DNA of 35,740 nt from a virus (Duplodnaviria; Caudoviricetes), in IMG/VR virus record IMGVR_UViG_3300046710_000061, positions 1 through 35,740 of that record; one strand, given 5' to 3'. Positions within the stretch are counted from its first letter, which is position 1. The number at the start of each line of letters is the position of its first letter. The notes under the pieces were generated by a model, which made no database searches, was not told the origin of the DNA, and worked only from the letters and a program-made list of their open reading frames with translations. Positions 7,807 to 16,838 of the stretch are shown here, in pieces. The position numbers and the translations under genes are program-made.

Positions 7807-10475
7807 CAGTTGCCCCCTTTGTCGATATCCTTCTCCGAGTAAGTGTACTCCCCGCTCAAGGCAAGAAGCATGGCACCCACACGAGCCGCGGCTATGTCCC
7901 CGAACTCGCCAGTTGCGCCGAAGACCGTGTCCCGTCCGACCTGTGGCCCCAAGACCACGAACTCCTGCTCTACCGCACAGCCATATCCCGTCAGGAAGGA
8001 ACCGATGATGCGTTCGACGGGTATTCGTGCGCCGAACATCATCGGGACGTTTGAATCACTTGAACTCTCCGGCTCACAGAACAGAGTTGCTTGGTCAAGA
8101 GACAGGGAGAAGGATGACATGGGAGATAGTTGTGCCTGACCAAACCCCTTCGTAAGCGACCGCGTTCCCCCGAAGATATCCTTGACAATAGATGGCTCGA
8201 CCCCCATGCCTCGGAACAGGGTCAGTTCTGTGATGCCCTTGTCCATGAAACTCCTCTGCGTCATGACGTACATCGCTTTCAGGAACGCGTCGACGAAGTC
8301 TTGGTTGTTGCCTTGTGCCAAGAAGTCCATCGCGCGTCGTGCCGTGTCTTCCACTTTAAGGAAGTCTACATAGGATGCATCGAGACCGAATACCCGTAGG
8401 GCTTCTTCCTGTGCGGCACAGGAGATGGCATCTCCACTGGATGAAGTTACAGCCCAGGAATGGATGAGCATCTCAACCGCGTTATGGATGTTGTCCTCAT
8501 AGTGCGTTGTCTGTTCCGCTCCTCCAAACTTCTTCGTCCCTTCAATGCGAATGGTTCTCATGGTATTGGTTATCTCAGCCGCCATATCATCTGTGTAGCC
8601 AGAAGGCAGGAACTCCAGAAGGGCATCCGCAATCCTGTTCGTGACGACATCCTTCATCCGATAGGATTCATTCTTTGCTACCTCACCCTCAACGAGGATG
8701 GCAAGGTTCTCACCGGTAAACCTTTCAACCGTGGCAAGAACAGCATTGGGATTATCCTCCTGCTCCCTGAACTCCTTATAGGAATCAAACGGCGTCCCGT
8801 CTGCCATTGTCCAGATGTTCTCCGTTCCCAGTCTACCCTTGTCTACCGTGAAGTCGCGCCACTTGTCAAATTGTGCATTCTCTTTCTGTGCTTCCGTGTA
8901 GATTGCGTCGATGGCTCGCTGGTCACGTTCCCTCCACTCAGTAAAGGCCAGTTCGTTCCGCCGTTGTTCCTCCACATTGGCGACGATATCCCCGTAGAAA
9001 CTGCGAATCTCGCCAATCGTCATATGAAGAGTCTCCACGATGAAGTGCTCTTCCCTTGCTGCCGTCACCTTGTCTGCCATCTCATCCCCGTAGAAGATGC
9101 GGATTTCCTCAATACTCTTGTAGTCCTGCGTCATGAGGATGTCAAACTGGGTCGTTATCCCCTTGTCCACCATCTCCTTTCTAGCCGCTGCCACCTCATC
9201 TGCCACCGCATCCCCATAGACGTTGCGAAGTTGGTCAATAGTCCAATAGTTTTTATACTCCGGCAGTATTGTTCCCTGTGTAGCCTTGAACTCCTCAAAC
9301 ACCTTGGCTTTTGCTGCCTCAGATGCCTTGAAGGATTCCACCGCTTGGTCTGCGACCGCCTGTATGTTCGCTGCCACTTCTGCCGGCGTCATGACTGCCA
9401 GTTCTTCAGGGGTCGGCAACATCACTGATGTCTTATTCTGCTCATTGAAACGTATCAATATCATCCTGTCTGCCATCTCATCTCCATAGGCAGCGCGGAT
9501 GTCTTCAATACTCATGTCAGGTTGCGTCATCAGTTGGTCAAGGATGGCCTGTCCCTGTATTGCCAGTTCCTCATCTGACAGCATCGGAACGGTCAGGGTC
9601 GGATTCTTCTCTGCCATGAGAGCCATTACCTTCGGAGAACCGACCTCGCCGTTGAGGAACGCTCTCATGGATTCCTTGGTTGGCATCTTGGGAGACGCGG
9701 TACACCCGCACCACGGATGATAGGGTGGCAGAAACGCGTAGTCCATCGGGACTTCTATGGACGCACCCGGGCCGTCCCCGATTTCCTCGCCGCAGATATC
9801 ACACTCATAGCCCGTCTCTGACCGACTGAGGATGATGGTGTCAATGTATCCCGTGTCTGTCCACTGTTGTCTCTGCGCTACGATATGATTCCTCTTCACT
9901 TGGTCGACCCACAGACGACGGGTATTGTAGCCGACGTTTGCCCGACCCTTCTCCGTCAACAACTCTGCCAGTTTGTCCTTGGTCTCACTGTACGCCCAGT
10001 GTTCGGTCTCTGACTGCTTAATGATGTCATTGATTTGATTCTGCGCGTCCTTCGTGGAATCCCACAGATTATTCGAGATGTTAAGACCAAGGGCTGCACG
10101 TTCGCCCTCAATCTGCTTCCACACATCCTTGCTCCACTCTTCATTGAACACGCTGCCGAGTTCCGCAGCCGTAGGGAACGCATTGCCGACTGAATAGGAG
10201 AGGCGTTCAGGAAGTGATGCCATCTCAGCAATCCCCCTGTCCCTGACAATATCGACCTCTTGCTGGACATCCTTATCAAGTTTCCGTGCCGTGTCCTTTG
10301 CCCATGCCTTGCTCTCTGTCTTGACGTCATCTTCCATCTCGTCCATTGATGCCGCTTCCTTACCAGCACTGGCATCACTGGCAGGGAGCAGGGCAAGGAT
10401 GCGCATGACATAATCATGCAATGCCCCCTCAGACTGAGCAAGTGCAAGACGTGCTATCTCGTTCAGCGGTTTCAC
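7806..10475 (-). CDS. MuF-family minor head protein with C-terminal ADP-ribosyltransferase-like domain
   Basis: MuF signature CDIC...PPYHPWCGC after portal; C-terminus has LFRG...SSFS...EQEFVV (R-S-ExE). Confidence 0.85.
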   Translation of the reverse strand: MKPLNEIARLALAQSEGALHDYVMRILALLPASDASAGKEAASMDEMEDDVKTESKAWAKDTARKLDKDVQQEVDIVRDRGIAEMASLPERLSYSVGNAFPTAAELGSVFNEEWSKDVWKQIEGERAALGLNISNNLWDSTKDAQNQINDIIKQSETEHWAYSETKDKLAELLTEKGRANVGYNTRRLWVDQVKRNHIVAQRQQWTDTGYIDTIILSRSETGYECDICGEEIGDGPGASIEVPMDYAFLPPYHPWCGCTASPKMPTKESMRAFLNGEVGSPKVMALMAEKNPTLTVPMLSDEELAIQGQAILDQLMTQPDMSIEDIRAAYGDEMADRMILIRFNEQNKTSVMLPTPEELAVMTPAEVAANIQAVADQAVESFKASEAAKAKVFEEFKATQGTILPEYKNYWTIDQLRNVYGDAVADEVAAARKEMVDKGITTQFDILMTQDYKSIEEIRIFYGDEMADKVTAAREEHFIVETLHMTIGEIRSFYGDIVANVEEQRRNELAFTEWRERDQRAIDAIYTEAQKENAQFDKWRDFTVDKGRLGTENIWTMADGTPFDSYKEFREQEDNPNAVLATVERFTGENLAILVEGEVAKNESYRMKDVVTNRIADALLEFLPSGYTDDMAAEITNTMRTIRIEGTKKFGGAEQTTHYEDNIHNAVEMLIHSWAVTSSSGDAISCAAQEEALRVFGLDASYVDFLKVEDTARRAMDFLAQGNNQDFVDAFLKAMYVMTQRSFMDKGITELTLFRGMGVEPSIVKDIFGGTRSLTKGFGQAQLSPMSSFSLSLDQATLFCEPESSSDSNVPMMFGARIPVERIIGSFLTGYGCAVEQEFVVLGPQVGRDTVFGATGEFGDIAAARVGAMLLALSGEYTYSEKDIDKGGN

Positions 10476-11929
10476 TTAGTCGGCGGGAAAACCTTTGCAG
10501 GAATGACGGGATTCAGTTGTGCGGCCTGTTGTGCAAGAGCGAAGTCCTCCTCTGCCTTGACCTTCGTCTCTGCGTCTACTTCTGCGACAATATTCGTTGC
10601 TTCTGCCTCGTCCAAGCCGCGCCGCATGTGATAGCGAATCTTGGAGATGAGGCCAGCCTTGTACTCTGCCATGTCATTGATGAATGAATCACCCTTGAAC
10701 GCGTCCTTCCATTCCAGCGTCACATCGGCTTCCACGCCCATCATAGAGCAGGCAAGGTTGAACATGTCTTCCCATGCGTTGCCGAAATCAACCTGTGCCT
10801 CTCCCACCTTGTCAATAAGTGGCCCTGCAATCTCTTGGAGTGCCACGCCTGAGGGGACTGCTTGTCCTTTCAGATAGGCAACGGGTGTACTGGTACAGTT
10901 TGCCATGTCATCCGTCAACTTGTCACAATACGCGATGAACTGCGTCAAGTCATCAGGAGCGATTCTTCCTAGTTGCGTCAGAGGAGACGGAAAGTTCCAG
11001 ACCGTCCACGGGTCACGACTCAGTTTGGGGACGGCTTCATTCGGATGCTGTCCTTTCCATGATGCCTCAAACTCGAGTTGATTGTAGCCTGTGACCCAAA
11101 TCTGTCCTGCGGCAGAGAAGGTTGCCCTGAGAGCCAGTTCCTGTTCTGCCCTGTCCTTGTCCTCTTGGATAGGGAGTGCAGAAAGCAGTTCACTGTTGCC
11201 GAAGTCTCCCTCATCTGGACGATTGCGGAAGTGGATGATGGGGATGCGACCCCAGTCATAGTCGATACGGTCTGGTTCCCCATCTCCCAAGTACGGCTCC
11301 CATGAACCCGAGTCCAGTGTCACGATGCCCTCAATGGTCGTCCACAATCCCGCGCCCCCGTTCATGGTCGAGACAAACCGCTCCAGATGGTCAGGGTAGT
11401 AGATGTCTTTCCTGCGGAAGAAGCGCACGTCCCCTGTCGTAGAACCGTCCTCAATGCCTTGGATGTCCAGCCACTCGACCTTGCACCACAGCATCCGTTG
11501 TGAGCCGTCCTGACTGTAGACGGGTCGCACGTTGATGGGGTCGAGGACTTGGATGGATGGAACGACCTCGCCCGGCCACAGACGCGCATAGGAATCGCCG
11601 TACTTGGCTCCTGCCTTGTGGACACGGGACTGGACAAGCGGAAAGTGATTCAACTTGGCAAAGAGGTCAACCTTGTCCTGTGCGGTCTCGGATGTGATGG
11701 CAGAGACGGACAACTTGTGACAATAGGTATCCACGACCAGAGCGCACAGGTTGCGGACAACCCCGTACTCCTCCAAGGCTTTCTCCAGCAGGGAAGGGAG
11801 CGGGACGAGTTGCTTCCCGTCATAATAGGTATCATAGGTCTCATAGCGTTCCCGTGCTTCTGCTTCTGCCGCCATGACCATGCGGGCAAACGACATGTCT
11901 ACTTCATTTACCATTGATATAGCCACCAC
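10472..11929 (-). CDS. Portal protein (SPP1 gp6-like)
   Basis: YDTYYDGKQ, NLCALVVD, WGRIPIIHFRN..GNSEL and PSGVAL motifs; likely start GTG 11929/11926 after AGGAGG. Confidence 0.92.
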   Translation of the reverse strand: MVAISMVNEVDMSFARMVMAAEAEARERYETYDTYYDGKQLVPLPSLLEKALEEYGVVRNLCALVVDTYCHKLSVSAITSETAQDKVDLFAKLNHFPLVQSRVHKAGAKYGDSYARLWPGEVVPSIQVLDPINVRPVYSQDGSQRMLWCKVEWLDIQGIEDGSTTGDVRFFRRKDIYYPDHLERFVSTMNGGAGLWTTIEGIVTLDSGSWEPYLGDGEPDRIDYDWGRIPIIHFRNRPDEGDFGNSELLSALPIQEDKDRAEQELALRATFSAAGQIWVTGYNQLEFEASWKGQHPNEAVPKLSRDPWTVWNFPSPLTQLGRIAPDDLTQFIAYCDKLTDDMANCTSTPVAYLKGQAVPSGVALQEIAGPLIDKVGEAQVDFGNAWEDMFNLACSMMGVEADVTLEWKDAFKGDSFINDMAEYKAGLISKIRYHMRRGLDEAEATNIVAEVDAETKVKAEEDFALAQQAAQLNPVIPAKVFPPTK

Positions 11930-11936
11930 AGACCTC

Positions 11937-13163
11937 CTAGAGATTGTTGAAGCCGCCAAGGAACTGGTTCTGCCGCATGTGCCAGTAGACGAGGGCAAGG
12001 GCACAGACAGTATCATCGTGTTCCCCCTCTACAGCAGCATAGCGGATATTGCCAGCCCGTGTCAATTCATACTCAAACGAGGACAGTTCCCCCTCCAGTT
12101 CAGGACAGTGCGGGAAGGTCACGTCACGTTGTTCCAATGCAACGACCAGCGTCTCAATCAACTGCTGCTTGCTCTGGTTGGTGAAGATATAGCCCTCAAT
12201 CTTGAGGCCAAACCCTTCCGTCTTGGCTTGTTCAAGAAGCGCGTCTCCCACGCCCGTACAGTCGAGCAATCCTGACGCCCAGTTGTACCGCTTGCAGATA
12301 TCGACAAAGCGGGTGACTTGGAGACTGTAGTCCAGATTGGAGGCGCGCCACTGATAGACGAGATGATGATTGGCGGCGTCGATGACGTAGATGACGGAGA
12401 AGTCCTGATGCTTTGCAGGGTCCCAACCGACATAGTATTGATGTCCTTCAACGGGTTCCTCCCATGTGCCAGTGATGCAATTCTGGACGTTGTGGAACAC
12501 GCCAGCCGCTTCTTCCAAGAACTCGGCTCCATACTCCTGTCGGAACACATCATCAGGCAGAGTGCGTCGCGCTTCCTCAATCTCGCCCGGGTCCATATAG
12601 GGGTTCGTCCACGCGGGTACTGTCCAAGACTTCCACTCGGGGAACATCGGGTCTTGTCCCCGTAGATACAGATGCCAGAAGTAGTTCCTGCCCTTGGGTG
12701 TCGAAGAGAGGATAGCATGCCCTTTCGTGTCGGACAGGGATGGACGGAGACAGTTCTCCCACGTTTCCTTGTCAATGAAGGCAGCCTCGTCCACAATCAT
12801 GAAGCCGATACCCTCTCCGCGGAGTGCGTCCCCTGCTTCTGCGGACTTGAACTCAATCGTGCCGCCAGACTGGAGCATGATGCGCTTCTCGTTCTTGTGG
12901 TTCTCGTCGATGGCAGAACTGAAGTGCTTCTGGATGAGACGATAAGCACGGGCTGTCTGCGCTTTCGTCTTGCTGACCCACCATGCAGGATAACGACCGT
13001 CTTCCCATGCGTACTTGACGATTTCATTGATGTCCAAGTCTGTCTTGCCCCACCGTCTTCCGGCATTGACGACACGGAAGCGATGGGGGTCTTCATTGAT
13101 TTCCCGTTCAAGGAGGGTAGGACTATAGAGACGTATCCGCTTTTGGACAGGAGCGACCATCAT
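11937..13163 (-). CDS. terL: Terminase large subunit
   Basis: Walker A AGRRWGKT, Walker B IVDEAA, STPKG, RNase H-like VGWDPA and HDDTVCALAL. Confidence 0.96.
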   Translation of the reverse strand: MMVAPVQKRIRLYSPTLLEREINEDPHRFRVVNAGRRWGKTDLDINEIVKYAWEDGRYPAWWVSKTKAQTARAYRLIQKHFSSAIDENHKNEKRIMLQSGGTIEFKSAEAGDALRGEGIGFMIVDEAAFIDKETWENCLRPSLSDTKGHAILSSTPKGRNYFWHLYLRGQDPMFPEWKSWTVPAWTNPYMDPGEIEEARRTLPDDVFRQEYGAEFLEEAAGVFHNVQNCITGTWEEPVEGHQYYVGWDPAKHQDFSVIYVIDAANHHLVYQWRASNLDYSLQVTRFVDICKRYNWASGLLDCTGVGDALLEQAKTEGFGLKIEGYIFTNQSKQQLIETLVVALEQRDVTFPHCPELEGELSSFEYELTRAGNIRYAAVEGEHDDTVCALALVYWHMRQNQFLGGFNNL

Positions 13164-13645
13164 TGCGGCTTTTCCTCAGAGATGGTTGGCTCGACGACCG
13201 TGCCAGCCTGTAGTTCCTTGATTTCATTCTTGCCCCACTCCGCGATGAAGGTCTCCTTCTTTTCACCACCCGTCGGCAGTTCTCCCGTCGCAATCTTCCC
13301 GATGACTTGCGCCCGCTGCAACGTCCACGCGACCTCACTCGTCTTGGCACCATTCTTCCTGTCCGCTACGGCTTGTCCGATGAGCCAGTTGGCAAGGGCA
13401 AACATGCGGTCATCAAATGCCTTGGCTTTCTCCACGGTCGACTGAGCCGCAAGTCCTTCAGACTGACTCTTGACCTTGAGCCAATAGTCTATCCGACGCG
13501 CCCGCCAGTGTTCCTTCTGAGCCATGCGCGTAATGTGTTCCCGCGTCCCGTTGTACTTTTTGGCTAACGCTTTCATCGTCATGGGGAACTGGCTCGTGAT
13601 GAAATCCTGGGCTATGGCATCCCAGTCAAATTGGACTTTAGCCAT
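13160..13645 (-). CDS. terS: Terminase small subunit
   Basis: N-terminal HTH (DWDAIAQDF...LAKKYN...EHW), overlaps terL start. Confidence 0.8.
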   Translation of the reverse strand: MAKVQFDWDAIAQDFITSQFPMTMKALAKKYNGTREHITRMAQKEHWRARRIDYWLKVKSQSEGLAAQSTVEKAKAFDDRMFALANWLIGQAVADRKNGAKTSEVAWTLQRAQVIGKIATGELPTGGEKKETFIAEWGKNEIKELQAGTVVEPTISEEKPQ

Positions 13646-13722
13646 AGAAGCAGTATTGATGCGGCATCACAGTCTTGTGCAACATTCGTCTCATAGCGCA
13701 CACCATCTCCCTTGTCTACATT

Positions 13723-13749
13723 ATTGTATCACGGCGCATGGATGAGTGT
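13723..13749 (-). promoter_or_regulatory. Putative late promoter (ACACTCAT-N2-ATG-N4-GTGA-TACAAT)
   Basis: Extended -10 upstream of terS, just downstream of a terminator; same motif as 7416-7442. Confidence 0.6.
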
Positions 13750-13765
13750 GTAGGGAGTAGAGATG

Positions 13766-13795
13766 CAGAAAGCGGGAGTGTGACGGCTCCCGCTT
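13766..13795 (-). terminator. Intrinsic terminator ending the middle operon
   Basis: AAGCGGGAG-N8-CTCCCGCTT hairpin followed by a short T tract. Confidence 0.65.
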
Positions 13796-13818
13796 AGTAA
13801 GGAGATGACGCAATAGTA

Positions 13819-14292
13819 TTATACGTCCGTCTTATCTGGCAGGCAAGGGACGATGGTGTCGATATGGATGTGATACTTTTGTCTCCAGATGATGGTCTTC
13901 CGTCTGCCTTGCCTCCCCCGTTCATAGACATACCCCTGAATACCGGCAGGAAGACCATGCTCCACATGGACGGACACCCCTACGGCTTGACCACTGTGTC
14001 CCATGCGCGATAATGGGTCATGACGTTCCTGTAACTGCCAGCCTCGTTCGACAGCGTCCCATATCACATCTTCCTGACCCAGTGTGAGGCAAGAGATGTG
14101 AGCATCTGCCCACCATGCATTCAGACCATAGTTCTCCAGAGGGATGAGGTTGAAGCCGGCAGCGCGGAGTTTATCCTTCCATACGGACTCCATGACTTCA
14201 AGACAGGAGCGACAGTAGAACCCCCCGTCTTCAAACTTGCTCACAAGATTGAGTGAGCGGTGACATAACGCACACTCCCGTAGCCTACCCAT
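13819..14292 (-). CDS. Hypothetical protein with N-terminal zinc finger
   Basis: CALC...CRSC; last gene before the late region. Confidence 0.65.
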   Translation of the reverse strand: MGRLRECALCHRSLNLVSKFEDGGFYCRSCLEVMESVWKDKLRAAGFNLIPLENYGLNAWWADAHISCLTLGQEDVIWDAVERGWQLQERHDPLSRMGHSGQAVGVSVHVEHGLPAGIQGYVYERGRQGRRKTIIWRQKYHIHIDTIVPCLPDKTDV

Positions 14293-14887
14293 TGTCTTTG
14301 ATGCAGAATTGCTTACCAGTCATCTTCAGGAATTCGGCTTTGAGTCGCATGTTGGCATCTTCTATCTGCAACGGACCGGTCTTCTGTCCTGTTTCCCTCC
14401 CGCGCTCAAGCAAGTAGTCCAAGTCACCACGTTTTGCCATGTACGGTTGCGCCCACGCGTCAAAGACAGCAGGGTCATCATGTGCGCTCCCCCTTGCCAA
14501 GACATGCTGCCAACTGTAGATACATATCCCGTCCCGCAAGTCCCACCGCAGATGTGGGTACAGTTCCTTCCGCAGATAGTGGTGGCTGTTCAGTTGTCGG
14601 GTCGGATGGTCATACTGTTCCTCAAACGTCGGGGGCTTCTCACTCTTTCCTCCCGCCCGCATCTTGACCATGACCGACCACATGGCCTCATTCTCCTTAT
14701 ACGTCTTTTTGAGCGCGGCCTTTCTTGCCTCTCCTGCTGTTCTTGGCTTTGGTGTCTTCCCTGACCTTGCCTTTGTGCGATGCAAGGTGCTTCCTGAGAG
14801 CGTCGTGCTTGGCCGCAACTCGGACTTCCTTCTCAGTGGGGTCGATTTCAGCGAGGACTCTGTCTTTTTCATCGATGTTGACTTCAT
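14285..14887 (-). CDS. NinG/HNH-like endonuclease
   Basis: Basic N-terminus (STPLRRK), WSVMVKMR, SHH..R..YPHLRWDLRDG...H pattern; GGAGG SD. Confidence 0.7.
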   Translation of the reverse strand: MKSTSMKKTESSLKSTPLRRKSELRPSTTLSGSTLHRTKARSGKTPKPRTAGEARKAALKKTYKENEAMWSVMVKMRAGGKSEKPPTFEEQYDHPTRQLNSHHYLRKELYPHLRWDLRDGICIYSWQHVLARGSAHDDPAVFDAWAQPYMAKRGDLDYLLERGRETGQKTGPLQIEDANMRLKAEFLKMTGKQFCIKDNG

Positions 14888-14978
14888 GGCGCGTCACCCT
14901 CCCTTGTCTCTCTACCCACCCGCCCTTGCCATCCATATACGGCTTGTGGATAGGGTCAAATTGACTATGGTCAGACAT
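14697..14978 (-). CDS. Hypothetical protein overlapping the NinG-like gene
   Basis: 93 aa; TGATG coupling to upstream peptide and GGAGG SD, but about 190 nt out-of-frame overlap with the next gene. Confidence 0.4.
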   Translation of the reverse strand: MSDHSQFDPIHKPYMDGKGGWVERQGRVTRHEVNIDEKDRVLAEIDPTEKEVRVAAKHDALRKHLASHKGKVREDTKAKNSRRGKKGRAQKDV

Positions 14979-15079
14979 CACACTCCTCCCATCGGCAACC
15001 CAATGACTATCAGGACAATAATGATGATACCTGCAAGACCAAAAAATACCATCTGCCAGACGACTCTCCGCTCAATCAT
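14978..15079 (-). CDS. 33 aa single-pass membrane peptide
   Basis: Not in ORF track. MIERRVVWQMVFFGLAGIIIIVLIVIGLPMGGV*; ATGA overlap with upstream gene and AGGAGG SD. Confidence 0.7.
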   Translation of the reverse strand: MIERRVVWQMVFFGLAGIIIIVLIVIGLPMGGV

Positions 15080-15600
15080 GACTTCTTCCCTCCTTTGACT
15101 ATGGGAGTGACAATCTTCGGCACATGTCCGACCTTCTTCTTGGACTTTGGCACGGACTTCTTCTTGAACCCCTCTGGCGGCAACTCAAACCGCCGTGAGA
15201 TAATCAATGAGGTCTGGTCGATGAATCGTTCTCTGATTTGATTTGTGACAAGCATCACAGAAGGGAGAGCCTCCCAGCCCGTTCTAATTGCGTTGACGTA
15301 TGCTGCTTCAAGAACGTGGAGCAGCTCATGGCACACAGACCAGCGTTGCTCATACTGGTTCTTCGTCCAGAAGATGTCGCCCACACAATAGACAACCTTG
15401 ACCGACTGTACGCTGATGTAGACTTGAGCAGTACATTCTTCGTCCTCTTCTGTAGCAGACCCGGGCGCATCATGTGACAGGGTGAAGTACCACTCGGCAA
15501 GACCCATGGCGTCGGCAATCTTCCTGATGTACTTTCCAAGTTCATCCCAACGAGGGTCATGACTGTTACGCTTCGGGATAGTAACGGACTTCTTGCTCAT
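15076..15600 (-). CDS. Zincin-like metallopeptidase domain protein
   Basis: HExxH motif (VCHELLHV) with downstream Glu. Confidence 0.7.
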   Translation of the reverse strand: MSKKSVTIPKRNSHDPRWDELGKYIRKIADAMGLAEWYFTLSHDAPGSATEEDEECTAQVYISVQSVKVVYCVGDIFWTKNQYEQRWSVCHELLHVLEAAYVNAIRTGWEALPSVMLVTNQIRERFIDQTSLIISRRFELPPEGFKKKSVPKSKKKVGHVPKIVTPIVKGGKKS

Positions 15601-15806
15601 GGCCGTTCAGGGGCAAGGATGTCGCCAGGCTTCAGTTCTCCGTCACGGATGAGGATTTCATACATCTCGTTCAGGACGGCCGTGTCTCCCATCAGTTCCA
15701 GAATCTTGCCGCCCGTAAACGCACACGTGATGTGTCCCGTCTCTGCTTCCCTGACATAGGCCCTGTATGGATTCCGTTCAGCGACCACATAGATGTACTT
15801 CACCAC
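15597..15806 (-). CDS. Hypothetical protein
   Basis: 69 aa, AAGGAG SD, coupled to neighbours. Confidence 0.65.
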   Translation of the reverse strand: MVKYIYVVAERNPYRAYVREAETGHITCAFTGGKILELMGDTAVLNEMYEILIRDGELKPGDILAPERP

Positions 15807-15807
15807 A

Positions 15808-16386
15808 TCATCTCCTTGGGATATATAAAACCGTCACACGCACGTTTCTGCGCCGTCCCCAGTTGACCGAGTCTTGAGGGTTCCAGAAGAACACATCAAG
15901 TTTGTTCCCGCGAATCGCTCTGCCGGTATCAATGACGGTACACGGTTTGCCGCCGTTGTAGTCCGGGATGAGAACCCGACTGCCAAAGGGAAGGATAGAC
16001 AGGTCTGCTGCTATCCCTCCCACATACACGCGCTTCCCACTGGCAGTCGCCAACGGACTCGCGTCACACTCTGCCACAGTCGGACTATAGGCGGTAATCT
16101 CACAATAGATAATCTTGACGGGTGGTTCTGACCGTGATACAGTCTTAACCGGTGGCACGGGAATAACTTTAGACTTCGCCGTGATGACAGAGACGTCTAT
16201 CGCGGGTTCCTGTGCCACTCGCATTGAAGTCCTCGTTGCCACTCGCAAGTTCACCCAGTCATCAGCACTCGTCTGTCGAGGTCTTGCAAATAGCGCTAGT
16301 ATGAATAGGGCAATCATGATTACGGCAATCATGGCAATGATGGGTCTATAGTCGATGTCCTGCAACTTGCGCGACCCCCACCTCAT
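15808..16386 (-). CDS. Membrane-anchored 3D-domain (MltA-like) lytic transglycosylase
   Basis: N-terminal hydrophobic helix; ITAYS...TASG...IAAD..LPFGS...DTG.AIRGNKLDVF (three Asp). Confidence 0.9.
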   Translation of the reverse strand: MRWGSRKLQDIDYRPIIAMIAVIMIALFILALFARPRQTSADDWVNLRVATRTSMRVAQEPAIDVSVITAKSKVIPVPPVKTVSRSEPPVKIIYCEITAYSPTVAECDASPLATASGKRVYVGGIAADLSILPFGSRVLIPDYNGGKPCTVIDTGRAIRGNKLDVFFWNPQDSVNWGRRRNVRVTVLYIPRR

Positions 16387-16826
16387 GGCTTCCTCCTCTT
16401 GTTGTCTGCGTTCATCCTGCCAAACATGAACCTGTTGAACGAGTAGTCCCGTTTGTCTTTCAAGATGCGCTCCTGTCGTTCCGTCGCCGTCTCCTTGTGC
16501 GCCACCTTCCCGGGTCTGAAGTTGATGGCCTCAATCATGAGGTTGTCGATACTTTTCGTGAACTCCTCAACCATCTTGTGTTGTGCATCAGCCTCCTTCT
16601 GGTCAGGAATAGAACTCTTGCACATAGGATGTGGGTGTCTACTCTGTCCTGTCCACTGTTCCCACTTTGTATTCTCCTCCAATGCCCCTTCTGTGCGGGC
16701 AGTATTGAGTCCAGACATGATACGGTCTTTCATCAGTCTGTACCTGTCTTTGAGCGGGAGCATCGGCTCAGACACGTCCAGCCATATCTTCTGACACATA
16801 ATCTCAGCATATTCCTCAACGGTCAT
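16383..16826 (-). CDS. Hypothetical protein
   Basis: 147 aa, AAGGAGG SD, ATGA overlap. Confidence 0.7.
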   Translation of the reverse strand: MTVEEYAEIMCQKIWLDVSEPMLPLKDRYRLMKDRIMSGLNTARTEGALEENTKWEQWTGQSRHPHPMCKSSIPDQKEADAQHKMVEEFTKSIDNLMIEAINFRPGKVAHKETATERQERILKDKRDYSFNRFMFGRMNADNKRRKP

Positions 16827-16838
16827 TATCGACCTCCT

